From NCBI GenBank assembly GCA_951406725.2, contig OX597829.1, forward strand, positions 19,778,001-19,842,000: a DNA stretch of 64,000 nt, written 5' to 3'. A program made the position numbers and the translations under genes. This DNA is from Octopus vulgaris (taxonomy: Eukaryota). Under the pieces are notes generated by a model. That model was given only the letters and a program-made list of their open reading frames with translations. It searched no databases and was not told the origin of the DNA. Shown piece after piece: positions 1 to 12,896 of this stretch. Positions within the stretch are counted from its first letter, which is position 1; the number at the start of each line of letters is the position of its first letter.

Positions 1-119
1 ACGGTGTTGTAGAGGGGGGCTATAAAAGCCAGAAAGACAAACCTGGAAGGTTTGGAAGAAAAGGGGTAGTGGATCTATAAACTATATATATATACTTTTA
101 TTAAAGTCAAAATACATAT

Positions 120-373
120 AAACAATTGCAGTGTGAAAGATATTTGTAAGACATTCAAGAACACACAAAAACCATTAGTTTCACTTTGGCATTTAATTTT
201 CATTTGTGTCAAAATATTTTTGACAAAACATGATGCTAAATTAAATTTTGAAGTGAAACTAGTGGTTTTTGTGTGTTCTTGAATGGCTTACAAGTATCTT
301 CCACACTGCAGTTCTTTTTGTTTCAGCACACCATCTCAGACCAAGTCACTTGCTATGCAAGTACATTTCCATA
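120..373. repeat. Imperfect fold-back element (inverted repeat 127-310) between (TA)n tracts
   Basis: tgcagtgtgaaagatatttgtaagacattcaagaacacacaaaaacc... is mirrored by ...ggtttttgtgtgttcttgaatggcttacaagtatcttccacactgca, centred on gtcaaaatatttttgac. Confidence 0.8.
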
Positions 374-442
374 ATATATATATATATATACACATGTCTA
401 AACACATACTTACAATATACTTTCTCTTTTATTTCCTAACAG

Positions 443-535
443 TCAGTATCTTTTAAGAAATCCAGTGTCAATCTTGCTAGATCACTGTGGCGGAAAAATG
501 TAAAGATTTGCATTTTAATATTTATTGTCATTGTG
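443..535 (+). CDS. VAMP7: VAMP7 (synaptobrevin-like R-SNARE), penultimate coding exon
   Basis: Polypyrimidine tract and cctaacAG acceptor (441-442), GTAAGT donor (536-541). The 93-nt phase-0 exon encodes SVSFKKSSVNLARSLWRKNVKICILIFIVIV, matching the recalled vertebrate VAMP7 SNARE end/TM start (SVTFKTTSRNLARAMCMKNLKLTIIIIIVSI). Upstream exons lie outside the window. Confidence 0.93.
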
Positions 536-1332
536 GTAAGTTAAATCAAAACGTTTTTGCTTTTCTTTATTTTTGTTATTCATTGATTCAATGTGTTAAA
601 TATATTTCACCAGAAGATTTAGCTTTCATTGTGTCAACATTAATAGTGGCTGACCTATGTAAAAATGAACCTGAGAGATAGAAGGTTGTCATAGCTGGCA
701 GTGAGATTACTGAATCACAGACACTGGGTGCCTGCCCCTGGCACTACTCTTATTGTGTGTAGTACTAACACGATGAGTGTTATTCTTGTTAAAACAGTTT
801 GTTATGCATCATTGTACTTGCTGTGCTGCATGGCTGGTTGAAAGCGGCTTTTTTTCCAGTTTAATATCCTTTCCTGTTACCAGTCATTAGCAGAATAGAC
901 TGGTTATATCTGTCATTGACATTAGAAGACCTGCCTGGTTGGACTAAGAGACCTTTCTTGTCTGTATCTATACTACAGTAAGGAAAACTGCTTAATAATT
1001 AGTTAGGAGTATATGTAACTTTTACTAAAAGCAAGCAATTATTAAAGTCTCCACTGTCTAGAAAATTCTAGAGCCTCACGTGTATGGGGAAACCTACTTT
1101 TTTCTGTTGAGGGCTTATATACCCCATTATTAGACTATTTTCTTTAGTCATTGTGCGGTAACTATAAGCTTCAAGCTTATAAAATACTATTATTATTATT
1201 TACAGAATTGTAAAACTCAACACTGCTTAACAAAATCATTTGCAGTAAAAGCACATGAAAGTTTGTTTACAAAAACAACTACAAACTAATATAGTTCTTA
1301 AATCTGACAGAAAAATTAAAATATTTTTTTAT

Positions 1333-1553
1333 TATTTCTTTACTACTCACAAGGGGCTAAACATAGAGGGGACAAACAAGGACAGACAAAGGGATTAAGT
1401 CGATTGGATCAACCCCAGTGCGTAACTGGTACTTAATTTATCGACCCCGAAAGGATGTAAGGCAAAGTTGACCTCGGCGGAATTTGAACTTAGAACATAA
1501 CGGCAGATGAAATACCGCTAAGCATTTCGCCCGGCGTGCTAACGTTTCTGCCA
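1333..1553 (-). mobile_element. tRNA-derived SINE (family B)
   Basis: Minus strand has box-A-like TGGCAGAAACG and box-B-like GTTCAAATTCC. Homologous copies at 7840-9720, 18607-19490, 34660-34862, 45102-45295, 51170-51300 and 53576-54290. Confidence 0.85.
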
Positions 1554-1912
1554 TCTTATTTCTATGCATGTATATACTGATCAAGAATTTAGTTTGAATG
1601 TTCACTGCTGTCTACTTACTGTCATATGCAGAGGATAGGAGGAGGGAAATTCAGCATAAGTAGGGTAGAATCATAGTGATATGTGTGTGTGTGTGTGTGT
1701 ATGTATGTATATTATTATATGATTGAATGCCATGCATCCGTTTCCAACTGAGTTTTATCTTATCTATCTATATATATGTGTGTGTGTGTGTAGGTGGATA
1801 TGTAGATAAAAACTGAAATGTATTTGTGACTGTTTTACGTTTCTTATCCTTATTGTAAAATATGAATGAGAAATGTCCTTCTTTTTACTGATTTATTTAT
1901 TTGTATTTGCAG

Positions 1913-1978
1913 GTTGTTTTGTACCTGATAATATCGATTACATGTGGTGGACTTGATTGGCCATGCACCAGGAACTAA
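1913..1978 (+). CDS. VAMP7: VAMP7 terminal coding exon
   Basis: ttgtatttgcAG acceptor (1911-1912). In frame with the previous exon it reads VVLYLIISITCGGLDWPCTRN-stop, matching the VAMP7 C-terminus pattern YIIVS.LCGG.TWP.C. Confidence 0.93.
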   Translation, partial: VVLYLIISITCGGLDWPCTRN

Positions 1979-2187
1979 TTATGGACATGAAAGTCCAAAT
2001 GACCATTTACAGCCTGTTGTAGTTATTGTGAAACACAGACACAAATAGCCATATATTTACCCTATGGACGTTTTCAAATAAGAATACAAGTATTTCCTAC
2101 TCTTTCTCTCTGTCTCTAATTTCATTTAATTTCTACTTGAGATAACATATATATATTTTTGAATCTTTTTCACTAAATTTACTGCAA

Positions 2188-2193
2188 AATAAA
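2188..2193 (+). promoter_or_regulatory. Candidate polyadenylation signal of VAMP7
   Basis: AATAAA about 210 nt after the stop, followed by T-rich sequence. The hexamer is common in AT-rich DNA, so support is weak. Confidence 0.3.
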
Positions 2194-2384
2194 GAATAGA
2201 ATTTTCTTTGACATGTACTTTTTCTATGTAATATGCATTTGTTTATAAAATGCATACAAACAAGCATGATTATGATAAAGAATCAGATATGGCTGTGTGG
2301 TTAAGAAGCTTACTTCTCAACCATGTGGTCTTGATTTCAGTTTCACTGTGTAGTACCTTTGGCATGTGTCTTCTACCGTGTCTG

Positions 2385-2900
2385 GTAAGTTCACTGTGGA
2401 GAAAGTTCACCATCTTTGATTCACTGCAGGGAAAGTTCACTGTCAGCAATTCATTGCAGGGGAAGTCCACTGTCATCAATTCACTACAGGGGAAATTCAC
2501 TGTCATTAGTTCATCACAGATGAAGCCCACCATCATTAATTCACCATAGGGAAAGTTCACTTCATTAGTTCATCACAGATGAAGCCCACCATCATTAATT
2601 CACCATAGGGAAAGTTCACTGTCATTAGTTCATCACAGATGAAGCCCACCATCATTAATTCACCATAGGGAAAGTTCACTGTCATCAGTTCATCACAGAT
2701 GAAGCCCACCATCATTAATTCACCATAGGGAAAGTTCACTGTCATTAGTTCATCACAGATGAAGCCCACCATCATTAATTCACCATAGGGAAAGTTCACT
2801 GTCATTAGTTCATCACAGAGGAAGCCCACCATCATTAATTCACCATAGGGAAAGTTCACTGTCATCAGTTCATCACTGGCGAAATGCACTGTCATCAATT
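2385..2900 (+). repeat. Minisatellite: 30-bp monomers grading into about six copies of a 60-bp dimer
   Basis: Unit agggaaagttcactgtcattagttcatcacagatgaagcccaccatcattaattcaccat repeats nearly perfectly from about 2488 to 2880. It explains the repetitive ORFs at 2250-2898. Confidence 0.95.
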
Positions 2901-4230
2901 CACCTCCTTTTTTTTTTATATATATATATAATAGTTTTAACTATTAATGGTGAGATAATATAGATATATTTTGTTAGTAAAAATTCCCTATGGTGAATTT
3001 TCTTCATGTTGAATTGATGGCAGTGAATGTACCTGTAATCATCATCTATAGCCCCAGGCCAACCAAAGCCTTGTGAGTGGATTTAATTGACATTAAACTG
3101 GAAGAAGCCAGTTGTGTGTGTGTGTGTGTGTGTGGATGTGTTTGTGTGTACCTTTGCCTTGCCATCACATGATGGTTGTAAACATGTATCACTGTCATAT
3201 AACCAAGGTTTGTGCTTCCAGTCTCCCATGAAAAAACACATCAGGCCTTGGGAAAATTAATCTGCTCGGAAATGAGTAAGGGTTGACGACAGAAAGGACT
3301 TCTAGCTTTAGAAAATCAGCCCCAACTGACCCATTCAAGCATGGATAAGTAGATGCTAAAATGACGACATTGACTCTGAAGCGGGAGTATAGCTGGTGAC
3401 CTCCAATGGTTATGAAACTTTTAATTTCAGTCACTCCGGCAAGAATTCCTTTTCCACTTTTCTTTTGGATTACATTACCAAGGTGTAAAGACAAACAATG
3501 GACAAGGTCTTAAAATCTCAGCAGCTTGTGTGAGGAGAGTGTTTATTTCATAAATGCTTTCTCACAAAATTATTCAAAATTTAGAGTTAATTTTCTCATC
3601 TGTAAATGAAAACTTCATGAATTAATTTATTTTAATTTCTCTTGAGCTGTTTTTGATTTCCTACTATTATCACATACAACATATTAATCTGCTGAAGATA
3701 TCTAAAACAATAAATCTGGCATCATGCTTTACGTAGCTGTCATTCAGCCCTGAAGAAGCAGATTCCAGATCAAAAAATATCTATTCATTTCTCAGCATCT
3801 AAGTAATTAAACTTGGTAGTTCAATTGCTTTCTCTGACTTCATATCCTTAATGGCCCTTTTGATTGCATTACTGTTTGTTTCAGTTGCCAGTTTCGCCGT
3901 TAGTATTACATGGATTAGTGCCTCGTTTCACCTTGTCTTTTTGTTTTTTTGATCCCGTGTGTTCATTTTTTTTTTTCACAAAATAGATGTGGTTTGAAGA
4001 AAATTCAATACTTTTTCTAGGAAGTCAAATAATCTTGATCCCACTAAAGTTGTTGACTTTGCTTTTCAGTCTTCTGGGTCCAGTAAAAGAAGTATCATAG
4101 ACAGTAGGATTCAGTCATTTCACTATATATTTTTCTCCTAATGAAACACAAATTAATAACATTCATCATTATCATTTGATTATTTGAAACATTTGATAAT
4201 CATTTGATTGTTTAAAACATTGTCCCATAA

Positions 4231-4623
4231 GCGTAAGAGTGGCTGTGTGGTAAGTAGCTTGCTTACTAACCACATGGTTGCGGGTTCAGTCCCACTGCGT
4301 CGCACCTTGGGAAAGTGTCTTCTACTATAGCCTCGGGCTGACCAAAGCCTTGTGAGTGGATTTGGTAGACAGAAACTGAAAGAAGCCCATCGTATATTTG
4401 TATGTATGTGTATATGTTTGTGCCTGTATTTGTCCCCCCAACATCGCTTGACAACCGATGCTGGTGTGTTTACGTCCCCGTAACTTAGCAGTTCAGCAAG
4501 AGACTGATAGAATAAGTACTAGGCTTACAAAGAATAAGTCCTGGGGTCAATTTGCTCGACTAAAGGCAGTGCTCCAGCATGGCCACAGTCAAATGACTGA
4601 AACAAGTAAAAGAGTAAAGAGTA
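4231..4623 (+). mobile_element. tRNA-derived SINE (family A), full length
   Basis: Box A TGGCTGTGTGG, box-B-like GGTTCAGTCCC, internal TA/TG microsatellite and (agtaaa)n tail. Homologous to 5062-5505. Confidence 0.9.
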
Positions 4624-5061
4624 AATAATTACTTCTTATTAAGATCGTATTTTTTTTAAGGCAGATAAGCATTTGAAATAATATTAACAGAATATTGTAA
4701 AATTTTATATAAATAATTGGGAGATTGTTTTTTTTCTTTTGGTCTTCTGAGAGAATTAACTCATTGATTAAATTTATATTTAGTTTAGTTATTTATTATA
4801 CACTTTAGATATCTGCTTGTATCTATGCAGTAGAGTGGGATTTTTTTTTAAATACAATTATGCAAGTTTATAACAAATATAGGTGGACAATGCAAGTAAT
4901 TTACTTAACATTTTTTTTAAAAATATAAGTTATAATTGTACCCATGCATTTGCTGCCGCTGAGAAGAAATGTACTGCAACAGCATTTCTGTGCTACTGCA
5001 AGAGGTCGCTGAATGAGAATGCACGAGGGGAAATTGACTAGTGCATTCAGCAGAGGCTCCA

Positions 5062-5505
5062 CTTACTCTTTTACTTGTTTCAGTCATTTGACTGCGGCCA
5101 TGCTGGAGCACCGCATTTAATCGAGCAAATCGACCCCGGGACTTATTCTTTGTAAGCCCAGTACTTATTCTATCGGCCTCTTTTGCCGAAACCGCTAAGT
5201 GATGGGGACGTAAACACACCAGCATCAGTTGTCAAGCAATGCTAGGGGGACAAACACACACAAACACACACACATCATCATTTAGCGTCTGTTTTCCATG
5301 CTAGCATGGGTTGGACATACACACATATATATACATATATACGACAGGCTTCTTTCAGTTTCCGTCTACCAAATCCACTCACAAGGCATTGGTCGGCCCG
5401 GGGCTATAGCAGAAGACACTTGCCCAAGATGCCACGCAGTGGGACTGAACCCGGAACCATGTGGTTGGTAAGCAAGCTACTTACCACACAGCCACTCCTG
5501 CGCCT
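5062..5505 (-). mobile_element. tRNA-derived SINE (family A), full length
   Basis: Reverse complement of the 4231-4623 element with CpGs largely intact. Degraded copies at 2288-3370 (interrupted), 17760-18130, 26783-27085, 50356-50518 and 57345-57470. Confidence 0.9.
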
Positions 5506-5769
5506 ATGTACTCCACTTATTGAAGTTGAGTTATAGTTAAAAGGACCATGAAGGATATTAGCACAATTTGGCTGTTATAAAGATACTAAAAATATCTTCC
5601 AAAATAGGAAACAGTACTGAGCATCAGAATGACAATTGCTTGTACTCCATTTTACTGGTGCAGTAACACATCATAACTGTTGCAAGAATAAAGGAAATAT
5701 TCCAGAAAGAAGCAATTAAATAAGAATCAAATCAATGGCCTGCTAATAATTATGGCCTTTGCTCCTTAA

Positions 5770-5991
5770 CCCTTTTAGTATTCAGATTACACTGTTAAAT
5801 GTAATATATTTTTTATTCAAATTGTTTTGAATTCATCAAGCATTATCTTATAGCTTTGAGGTTTCAATGATGTGATTGTTTATTTTTAGAATGGCATTGT
5901 AGGTTAGGTGTGAAAGGCTAGATATGGCCAGTTTGAATATAAAACATATAGAATATTTGGGCCGGATATGGCCAGTTTAAACACTAAAGGG
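5770..5991. mobile_element. piggyBac-type MITE (family D)
   Basis: TTAA|CCCTTTTAG...CTAAAGGG|TTAA termini, about 220 bp. Further copies at 23447-23885, 31944-32586, 35210-35322 and 42357-43770 (split). Confidence 0.8.
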
Positions 5992-6299
5992 TTAAAGTTG
6001 GTTGATTTTGTACTTCCTTCACTCAAGCATTCTTGATTGACTTGTCTCTCCACTTTTGTGTCTGATCCTCAGGTCCCAAACAAAACACTGTACTGCACCT
6101 GTTCACCACTCCATAAATCTCAGCCCTCAGGTATTAATTTACAACAGCTTAAACAGAACATTAGTAGCATCATTCTCACTGGTTTTGAGAAGACCTGCTA
6201 AAGCTACAAGCATTATCCCTTCCATAAAACACCAGTAGGTAAAAAACATTTTTTTAAATTATAAAATATACAGTTGCATCACAGCTGACAGGAAAGAGA

Positions 6300-7450
6300 T
6301 TCAGAAGGGTTTGTGCCAGGATTAGGTACCATCTTAGGACTAAGAACTCTTTTCTTAGAGGTAATTATAAAAGAAATTCTTTGCAACTACTGGAAAAGGT
6401 ACTGTACCTAGCATTTGTAGATTTAGAGAAAGACATTGAAAGGTTTACCGAGAAGTGCTTGATAGTTTCTGTTACCTAATTCACCTAATAAATACCGTAA
6501 ATCCTCTAGTATAGTCTGCCCTTGAGTATATTACCCAGGGAATTTTTAGGGGGCTGTACCTCTGGAAAACCTAAACCTTGGGTATAATATGCACCCATTC
6601 TCTAATTTGAGTCAAGGAGGTTTATATAATGTCCTTGGTTTGTAAAAATGTATACGGTAACGTCCTTTATTATTATTATTGTATATATCACATAATGCAA
6701 ACGCGTATCTTTTTTTGTGCATTTTGTTTGCAGAAAATAAAGAGATAACAGTAATAACATTTAATAAATGTTGCTTATTGCAAGTTATGGATGATTCTTT
6801 TATGACTTCATAGCTTTCAGGCTTAGCTTAAGGTATTTTCGCACCCGACATCACAAAATGCATCTGAATATTTTTCATTTTTAATCTTGTATATAGTACG
6901 CACTAAGGATATTGATCTTTAAATTTTGGGGAAAAAATGCAGATTATACTTGAGGATTTATGGTGTTGGTGATGGATGTTCCATAAGCAAAGTAGTCAGA
7001 ATAAGATGGGGAAAAAATTCAGAGAGCTAGTGCTTCTGCTGGCTAGAAGAAGAGTTTCTCTGCAAACGAAGACTAGATTGTGTGATTCTTGTGGATGAAG
7101 TGCAATATTGCATGGCTATGAAATATTGGCATTGAATGTATAAGGTTATGTGACAGCTAGAAAGAAATGAGGCGAGGTGAGCATGCTTTGCTGGATGTGT
7201 AATGTTAGTGTGAGAGAATGAGGTGAGAGGAAAAACTGGGTATTAAAAGGAATGAGATGTAGTGTGTAAATTGTGTTGGTATGGATATGTGCTGCATATG
7301 AATGATGATAGTTAGACAAAGAAGTGCAGTAGAAGAAGAAGAACTTGTAAAAGCTGATTTTGGAAGACTGAACCACACAAAAGAGATAACAAAAAAAAAC
7401 AGCAACAAATGAAATGCAGTACTGGAGAAGACCTGTCATACCCATGCAAG
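6300..7450 (+). pseudogene. Highly degraded RTE LINE reverse-transcriptase relic, interrupted by a Tc2-type MITE
   Basis: LYLAFVDLEK-like segment at about 6402-6431, and RIRWGK/FREL and AILHGYE-like segments at 6998-7125. Resembles the RTE at 62510-64000 and the relic at 33960-34610. Confidence 0.6.
6495..6963. mobile_element. Tc2/pogo-type MITE
   Basis: TA|CCGTAAATCCTC(T/G)AGTATA terminus with inverted copy at the right end. Near-identical to 53708-54207. Confidence 0.85.
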
Positions 7451-7839
7451 AAATAAATAAAATTGATATAAAATAATGTCCTTGCTTCAAAATACTGATC
7501 AAGATGGTGAAGAAGTTAAAAAATACAGAATTTTTTTCCTTCCAGAAAGATGTTTTTCTTTAACTCTCTTGATTATTTGATACAAATATAGAATTTTCTT
7601 TCTCTCTTCCTTTTGCTAAATAGTTGTTCAGATAAGAAATTTGAATTTTGTGGTGGCAATATTTGAGAGGATGTGCAATGGCTTCGAACACTGCCCTGTT
7701 CTCCAAAGCAATAGCAAAAAAAAGAAAAAAAAGCTTGATGTTATCAGGAAAGGCTTGGGAGGTGTGTGTTCTGTATCTGTTAGTTCCAACATTGTATTGA
7801 ACATAACTCTTTTTGTCTGAGAAAAAAATTATTTTTAAA

Positions 7840-9720
7840 AATTTGGGTGGAAGAGGTTGTCAAGCTGACATCACCCTCAGTATTTGACTGGTACTCTATT
7901 CTATCAATCCCAGAAGAACTGAAAGAAAGAGATGACTTTAGCAGGACTTGAATTCAGAATATAAAGCAACAAATATCGCAAGGCATTTTGTCCAATGCTT
8001 TAACCCCCCATCAACCACCAATCCAATGTGTATCCATAATTCTTTCTAATATAAGCACAAGCCTGAAATTTGGTGGGGAAAGCCAGTTAATTACACTGAC
8101 TCCAGAGCTTAACTCGTATTTTATTGACCTCAAAAGAATGGAAGCCAAAATTAACCTTGGCGGCATTTGAACACAAAATGTAAAATCAAAAGAAATGCCA
8201 CTAACCATTGTCCGGAGTGCTAACAATTCTGCCAGCTCACCACCTTAATAATAATTCTTTCTATTAAAGGTGCAAGGGGGAGGGGACTAATCAATTACAT
8301 CGACCTCTGATGTTCCATGATACTTAATTCATCAACCATGAAAGGCAAAGTCAACCCTGGTGGAATTTGAACTCAGAACATAAGGACGGATGAAATACCG
8401 CTAAGCATTTGCCTGGTGTATTCTGCCAGCTCACTGCTTTCACCATCTTAATGGTTTCAAATTTGGGCACAAGGCAAGCAGTTTCGGAGTAGGGGGTAAG
8501 TCGATTATATGAACTGCTACTTATTTTATCGACCCCAAAAGGATGAAAGGCAAAATGAACTTCAGCTGAATTTGAACTTAGAACATAAAGATGAACAAAA
8601 TGCTGCTAAGCATTTTGCCCAGTATGCTAACAGTTCTGCCAGCTTGCCACCTTAATAATAATAATCATCATCATCGTGGTTTCAAATTTTTCCACAAAGG
8701 CAGCCATTTTGTGGGAGGGAACTAGTTGATTACATCTACCCCAGTGTTCAACTGGTACTTAATTTATTCTTTTCTACTCTAGGCACAAGACCTGAAATTT
8801 TGGGGGAGGAGACCAGTCGATTAGATTGACCCCAGTATGCAACTGGTATTTAATTTATTGACTCTGAAAGCATAAAAGGCAAAGTTGACCTTGATGGAAT
8901 TTGAACTTAGAACATAGAGATGGGAGAAATACTGCTAGGCTTTTCGTCCGGCATGCTAACATTTCTGCCAGCTTGTTGCCTTAGTAGTAATAGTAACAAA
9001 AATAATAATAATAATTTCAAATTTTGGCACAGGGCCAGCAATTTAGGAGCAAGGATTAAGTTGATTAAACTGATTCCTGTGCTCAACTGGTACTTATTTT
9101 CTCGGCCTCAGAAGACTGAAAGGCAATGTTGACCCCAATGGCATTTGAACTCAGGTTGTAAAGATAGATAAAATGGATTTTGCCTGGCATGCTTACAGTT
9201 CTACTAGCTTACCACCTTTGAAAATTTAATAATAATAATGGTTTCAAATTTTGCCACATGGGCAGCAGTTTTGGGGGAGGGGATGAGTCAATTACATCGA
9301 CCCTAGTGCTCAACTGGTACTTATTTTATCAACCCCAAAGGGATGAAAGGCAAAGTAGACTTCAGTGGAATTTGAACTCAGAATGGCAAAATGCTGCTAA
9401 GCATTTTGTCTGGCATGCTGACAATTCTGCCAGCTTGCCATCTTTGAAAATTTAATAACAGCAGAATTTGAACTCAAAATGTAGCGCAAAATACCACAAA
9501 GCATTTTGTCCAGTGTGCTAACAATTCTGCCACCCCGCCACCTTCATCGTCTTATTATTAATAAATAATAATGGTTTCAAATTTTGGCACAAGGCCAGCA
9601 GGTTCAGGGTATGAGGTAAACGGATTACATTGACCTCCAATGCTTAAATGATACTTATTTTATCGATCCCGAAAGGATAAAAAAGCCAAGTCAACCTCAA
9701 CAGAATTTGAACAAATAGAG
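7840..9720 (-). mobile_element. Cluster of roughly 9-10 co-oriented family-B SINE copies
   Basis: Repeated blocks ...actggtactta.ttttatcgacccc.aaaggatgaaaggcaaagt.gacct...gaatttgaactcagaa...ttctgccagct..cc.cctt, separated by (AAT)n. Confidence 0.85.
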
Positions 9721-11739
9721 CACTTCCAGGTTGTAAATAGAAACCAAATTCCAGATATTATAAACTTATTTCTGATTCTGACAATAATTTCTTTTGTAGC
9801 ATAATACTAGGAAACCATATTTTGTGATGTGAATAACTTTCTTAAGTGATATGCTTTCAAAGAGGAAACGACCAATTAAGATAATGTTAGTAATAATTAT
9901 AATAATTAAGGATCTAAGACAAATAAAGGAACTTTAATGCATCAGGTTCTTTTTGTTGAAGTACATTTCTTATAAAAAGCATGTGTACAAGCCATTAAAA
10001 AAAAAAGAAAGAAAAAAAAGGTTTAAACATTACAATAAAAAAACTGGATTGAAATGCTAGTAATTTTTTTTCCTTTAAATAAATATAAACCAGGTATGCT
10101 GTGAATACATACAAAAATAAATTATAAGGATATAGTAGGCATACAAATATAAGGTTGGAAATATGTACTGAAATTTTAAGTACAGTTGCAGGTGATCATT
10201 GGAAAAAACAGCTTTTTCCAATTTGAGAAGAAAAACGGTTTTGAGAGTTTTAATTTCTTTTATGATGTGGGTATTATCCACTAGGAAGATTTTAAACAAA
10301 AATATGCCCTAATAAAATCGACTTAACTAGATTATTTTTGATGCTAAAGTAGCTTTTATTCTGAATATCATCCTTTTTGTACACCTACTTAAATAAAAAA
10401 AACATCCCAAGTAGCTATACATAGGGGTATTTGAAAATTAACTTCTTTTCCAAAGAGATCAACACTAAATTATGCTAACTTTTGGTGAGGTCATAAGAGA
10501 AAAGGAAAGGAAGTTAGTGTTGTATTATGTTTATATTGTTATGTAGTAGGATTTGCGCTTAAAATCTCATGGGTAAGAATTTAACATATCAATATTCTCA
10601 TAGCACTGTTATAATGGTTTCTTTAGTTAACAGGAGTAAAACCTTTAGCAAATAAGGCTGAATGTTTTACTCAAAACCACATTGCCTGTTTCAGTTATCA
10701 AGTTGTTTGTAGCATCTGTTTCATCCAATGTGCCACTAATATCAGTGCAGTTATGGAACAAGCTGTAGATATGCATATTCCACTTAAACTTGAGTAGTCA
10801 CCCACCTTCGTTTTACTCTAAACAAACTCAGCTATTCAGAGTTCTATGAAATTTTATAGTAACTTAGCAGATGTATTAACAAACAAATGTATTTGTATAA
10901 GACACTTACTACCCAGAATTAGTAATTTCACTACGTCATCTCATTTCCATAAGATATGCAAATTTTAAAAACTTTATTAATGAAAAATGTAACTAAGTGA
11001 TTAGCCCTACAGACTTTTAAAGATTGGTTACTTCCTTCAGGATTAAAGTCCACTGCTCAAGAACATTAATGGTATTATTGAAACAACATATCTAGAACTG
11101 AAATCTGAAAATATACTTTTTAAACGTACCCAGTACAGTTATACCATCACGTCTATATGCCTGATCACAATTATTAGCTCAAATAGATATAACTGGCTTA
11201 AGCAACATCAGTTTTTATTGCATGGTTAGTGACAACTTTCATAATATAACAGACAAATAAGGAATCAGAACAAGTTTGTTTCATATCCTCCTATAATCAA
11301 TCTGGAACATGTTCGTTTCTCTCCAAGAAATTTATAAACTGTTTGGGAGCTTCATTAATTTATCTAAGATGTATAAATTTTTGGTGTACTAAAAGGGCCA
11401 TTGGCTTCCTGTACCCTCTTTTAGTTGAAAAAAAAAAGAAAAAAACTTCAACTGTGTTTTAAAACAAACAAAAAATTAATAAATTAACAAATAAAACCAT
11501 AAGTCATCAGACCAGCAGCCTCTACTGAGGCATGTTCTATGTTATATGATTAACATAGTGCTGTTGAAATGGTTTTAAATGTATTCAAATAAATTAAATG
11601 TGAGTTTATTTCTAATGTAGTAATAGAATATTGGAATCACCTGTGATTTATGCCACTGTCACTCCCCCACCAATATTTCAGATGAAGACATTAGATAGAT
11701 TAAAAAAAGAATGTGGAAGCTCAGTTAAATAAATGTTAG

Positions 11740-11743
<4 letters not shown>

Positions 11744-11796
<53 letters not shown>
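11744..11796. repeat. (TA)n microsatellite
   Basis: Perfect dinucleotide run. Others at 48692-48777, 51413-51463, 53133-53185, 58520-58584, 59222-59270 and 60146-60226. Confidence 0.95.
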
Positions 11797-11798
<2 letters not shown>

Positions 11799-11920
11799 CT
11801 TAAAATATTTCACACAAGTCACAATAAGAAGAAAATTAACAATTCCTTTTGTATTGTAATTAAATTATTCCAAAATGTTCTTACATACTGGTTTCATTTC
11901 TGATACTTGATAATCATGTA

Positions 11921-12874
11921 CAAGGTACATTCTAGGTTTGAAACTTTTTTTTTTTGAGAGAGGCAATTATAACTGTCCTGGATTATAGTAATTTAAGTAT
12001 ATCATTTTCTCGACATCTAATAAGCTGACCCCCACCCACCCCAAAACTTTTATTCCAGGTTGAAGGAGATTGTTGTAACACTTTGAACACACCCTACTAA
12101 TCTTTGTCCCCAGGGTGCTTAATGATAAACTGAAGGAAAGATTCATTGTTGACAACAGGGAGATGGTTAAGCTTATTACCTCCAATCCAAGAGTACATGG
12201 GTCTCTGGTAACTCGTGACAAAAGCTGGATCTGCTGATATGATCCAGAGACCAAGAGACAGAGTGCCCAGTGGAAGCATCGTGGCTCCCCCAAACCCAAG
12301 AATGCCAGGCAAAGCAAGTCCACCGGAAAGCTCATTATGAGCCCATTTTTTGATAGCAAGGGCATTACCTACATCCACTGGGTTCCCTCGGGCCAGGTGA
12401 TCAGCTAAGAATACTTGGAGGTTTTTAAGAGCTTAGGATGAGATTTTGTTGCAAAAGGTCAGAGCTCTTCCATTCAGGCCAGTGGCACCTGCACCTGGTC
12501 AATGCAGCAGTTATAATTTCATTCTGGTAACGAAATACTTGAGAGTGATAGGCATCAAAACTGCCCCTCACCTTTTCCTCCTACAGTCCAGACCTTGCTC
12601 TCTGTGACTTTCGGTTGTTCTCCAAGTTGAAAGGGAACCTCAAAGGCAGCTATTTCGAAAGATGAAGATGAAGGAGGCTGTGACAAGGTATCCTGGACAG
12701 CCTCCTTCATTTTTGGAGGGCTTCCATTCGGTGTTCATGAAGTGATTGGAGAGTTATAACAAATGCATTGAAGTGACAGTAACCAACTTTGAAAGAGATT
12801 AGAGTTTTCTACTTCTTTGAAATCAATAAATGTTTCTCTTGAAATAAGTCTCAAAACTTCTGGAATGCATCTTG
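11921..12874 (+). mobile_element. Internally deleted mariner element with transposase pseudogene
   Basis: TA-flanked degenerate TIRs (caaggtacattctagg-tttgaaactt / aagtctcaaaacttctggaatgcatcttg). Plus-strand translation gives YDPETKRQSAQW, FFDSKG, HWVP and PPYSPDLALCDF mariner motifs, with stops and frameshifts. Confidence 0.85.
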
Positions 12875-12896
12875 TACTTTAAAAGTGAAACCAGTA

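Noticed and set aside
487-681. Listed 64-aa ORF
   Set aside because: Out of frame with the real VAMP7 exon and runs through its splice donor.
2385-2900. Possible CRISPR-like array or repeat protein (ORFs 2250-2898)
   Set aside because: Units are contiguous with no unique spacers, the context is eukaryotic, and the ORFs are a by-product of the 30/60-bp period.
4231-4310. SINE heads as functional tRNA genes
   Set aside because: Box A/B are present, but there is no complete cloverleaf and the sequence continues into a multi-copy SINE body.
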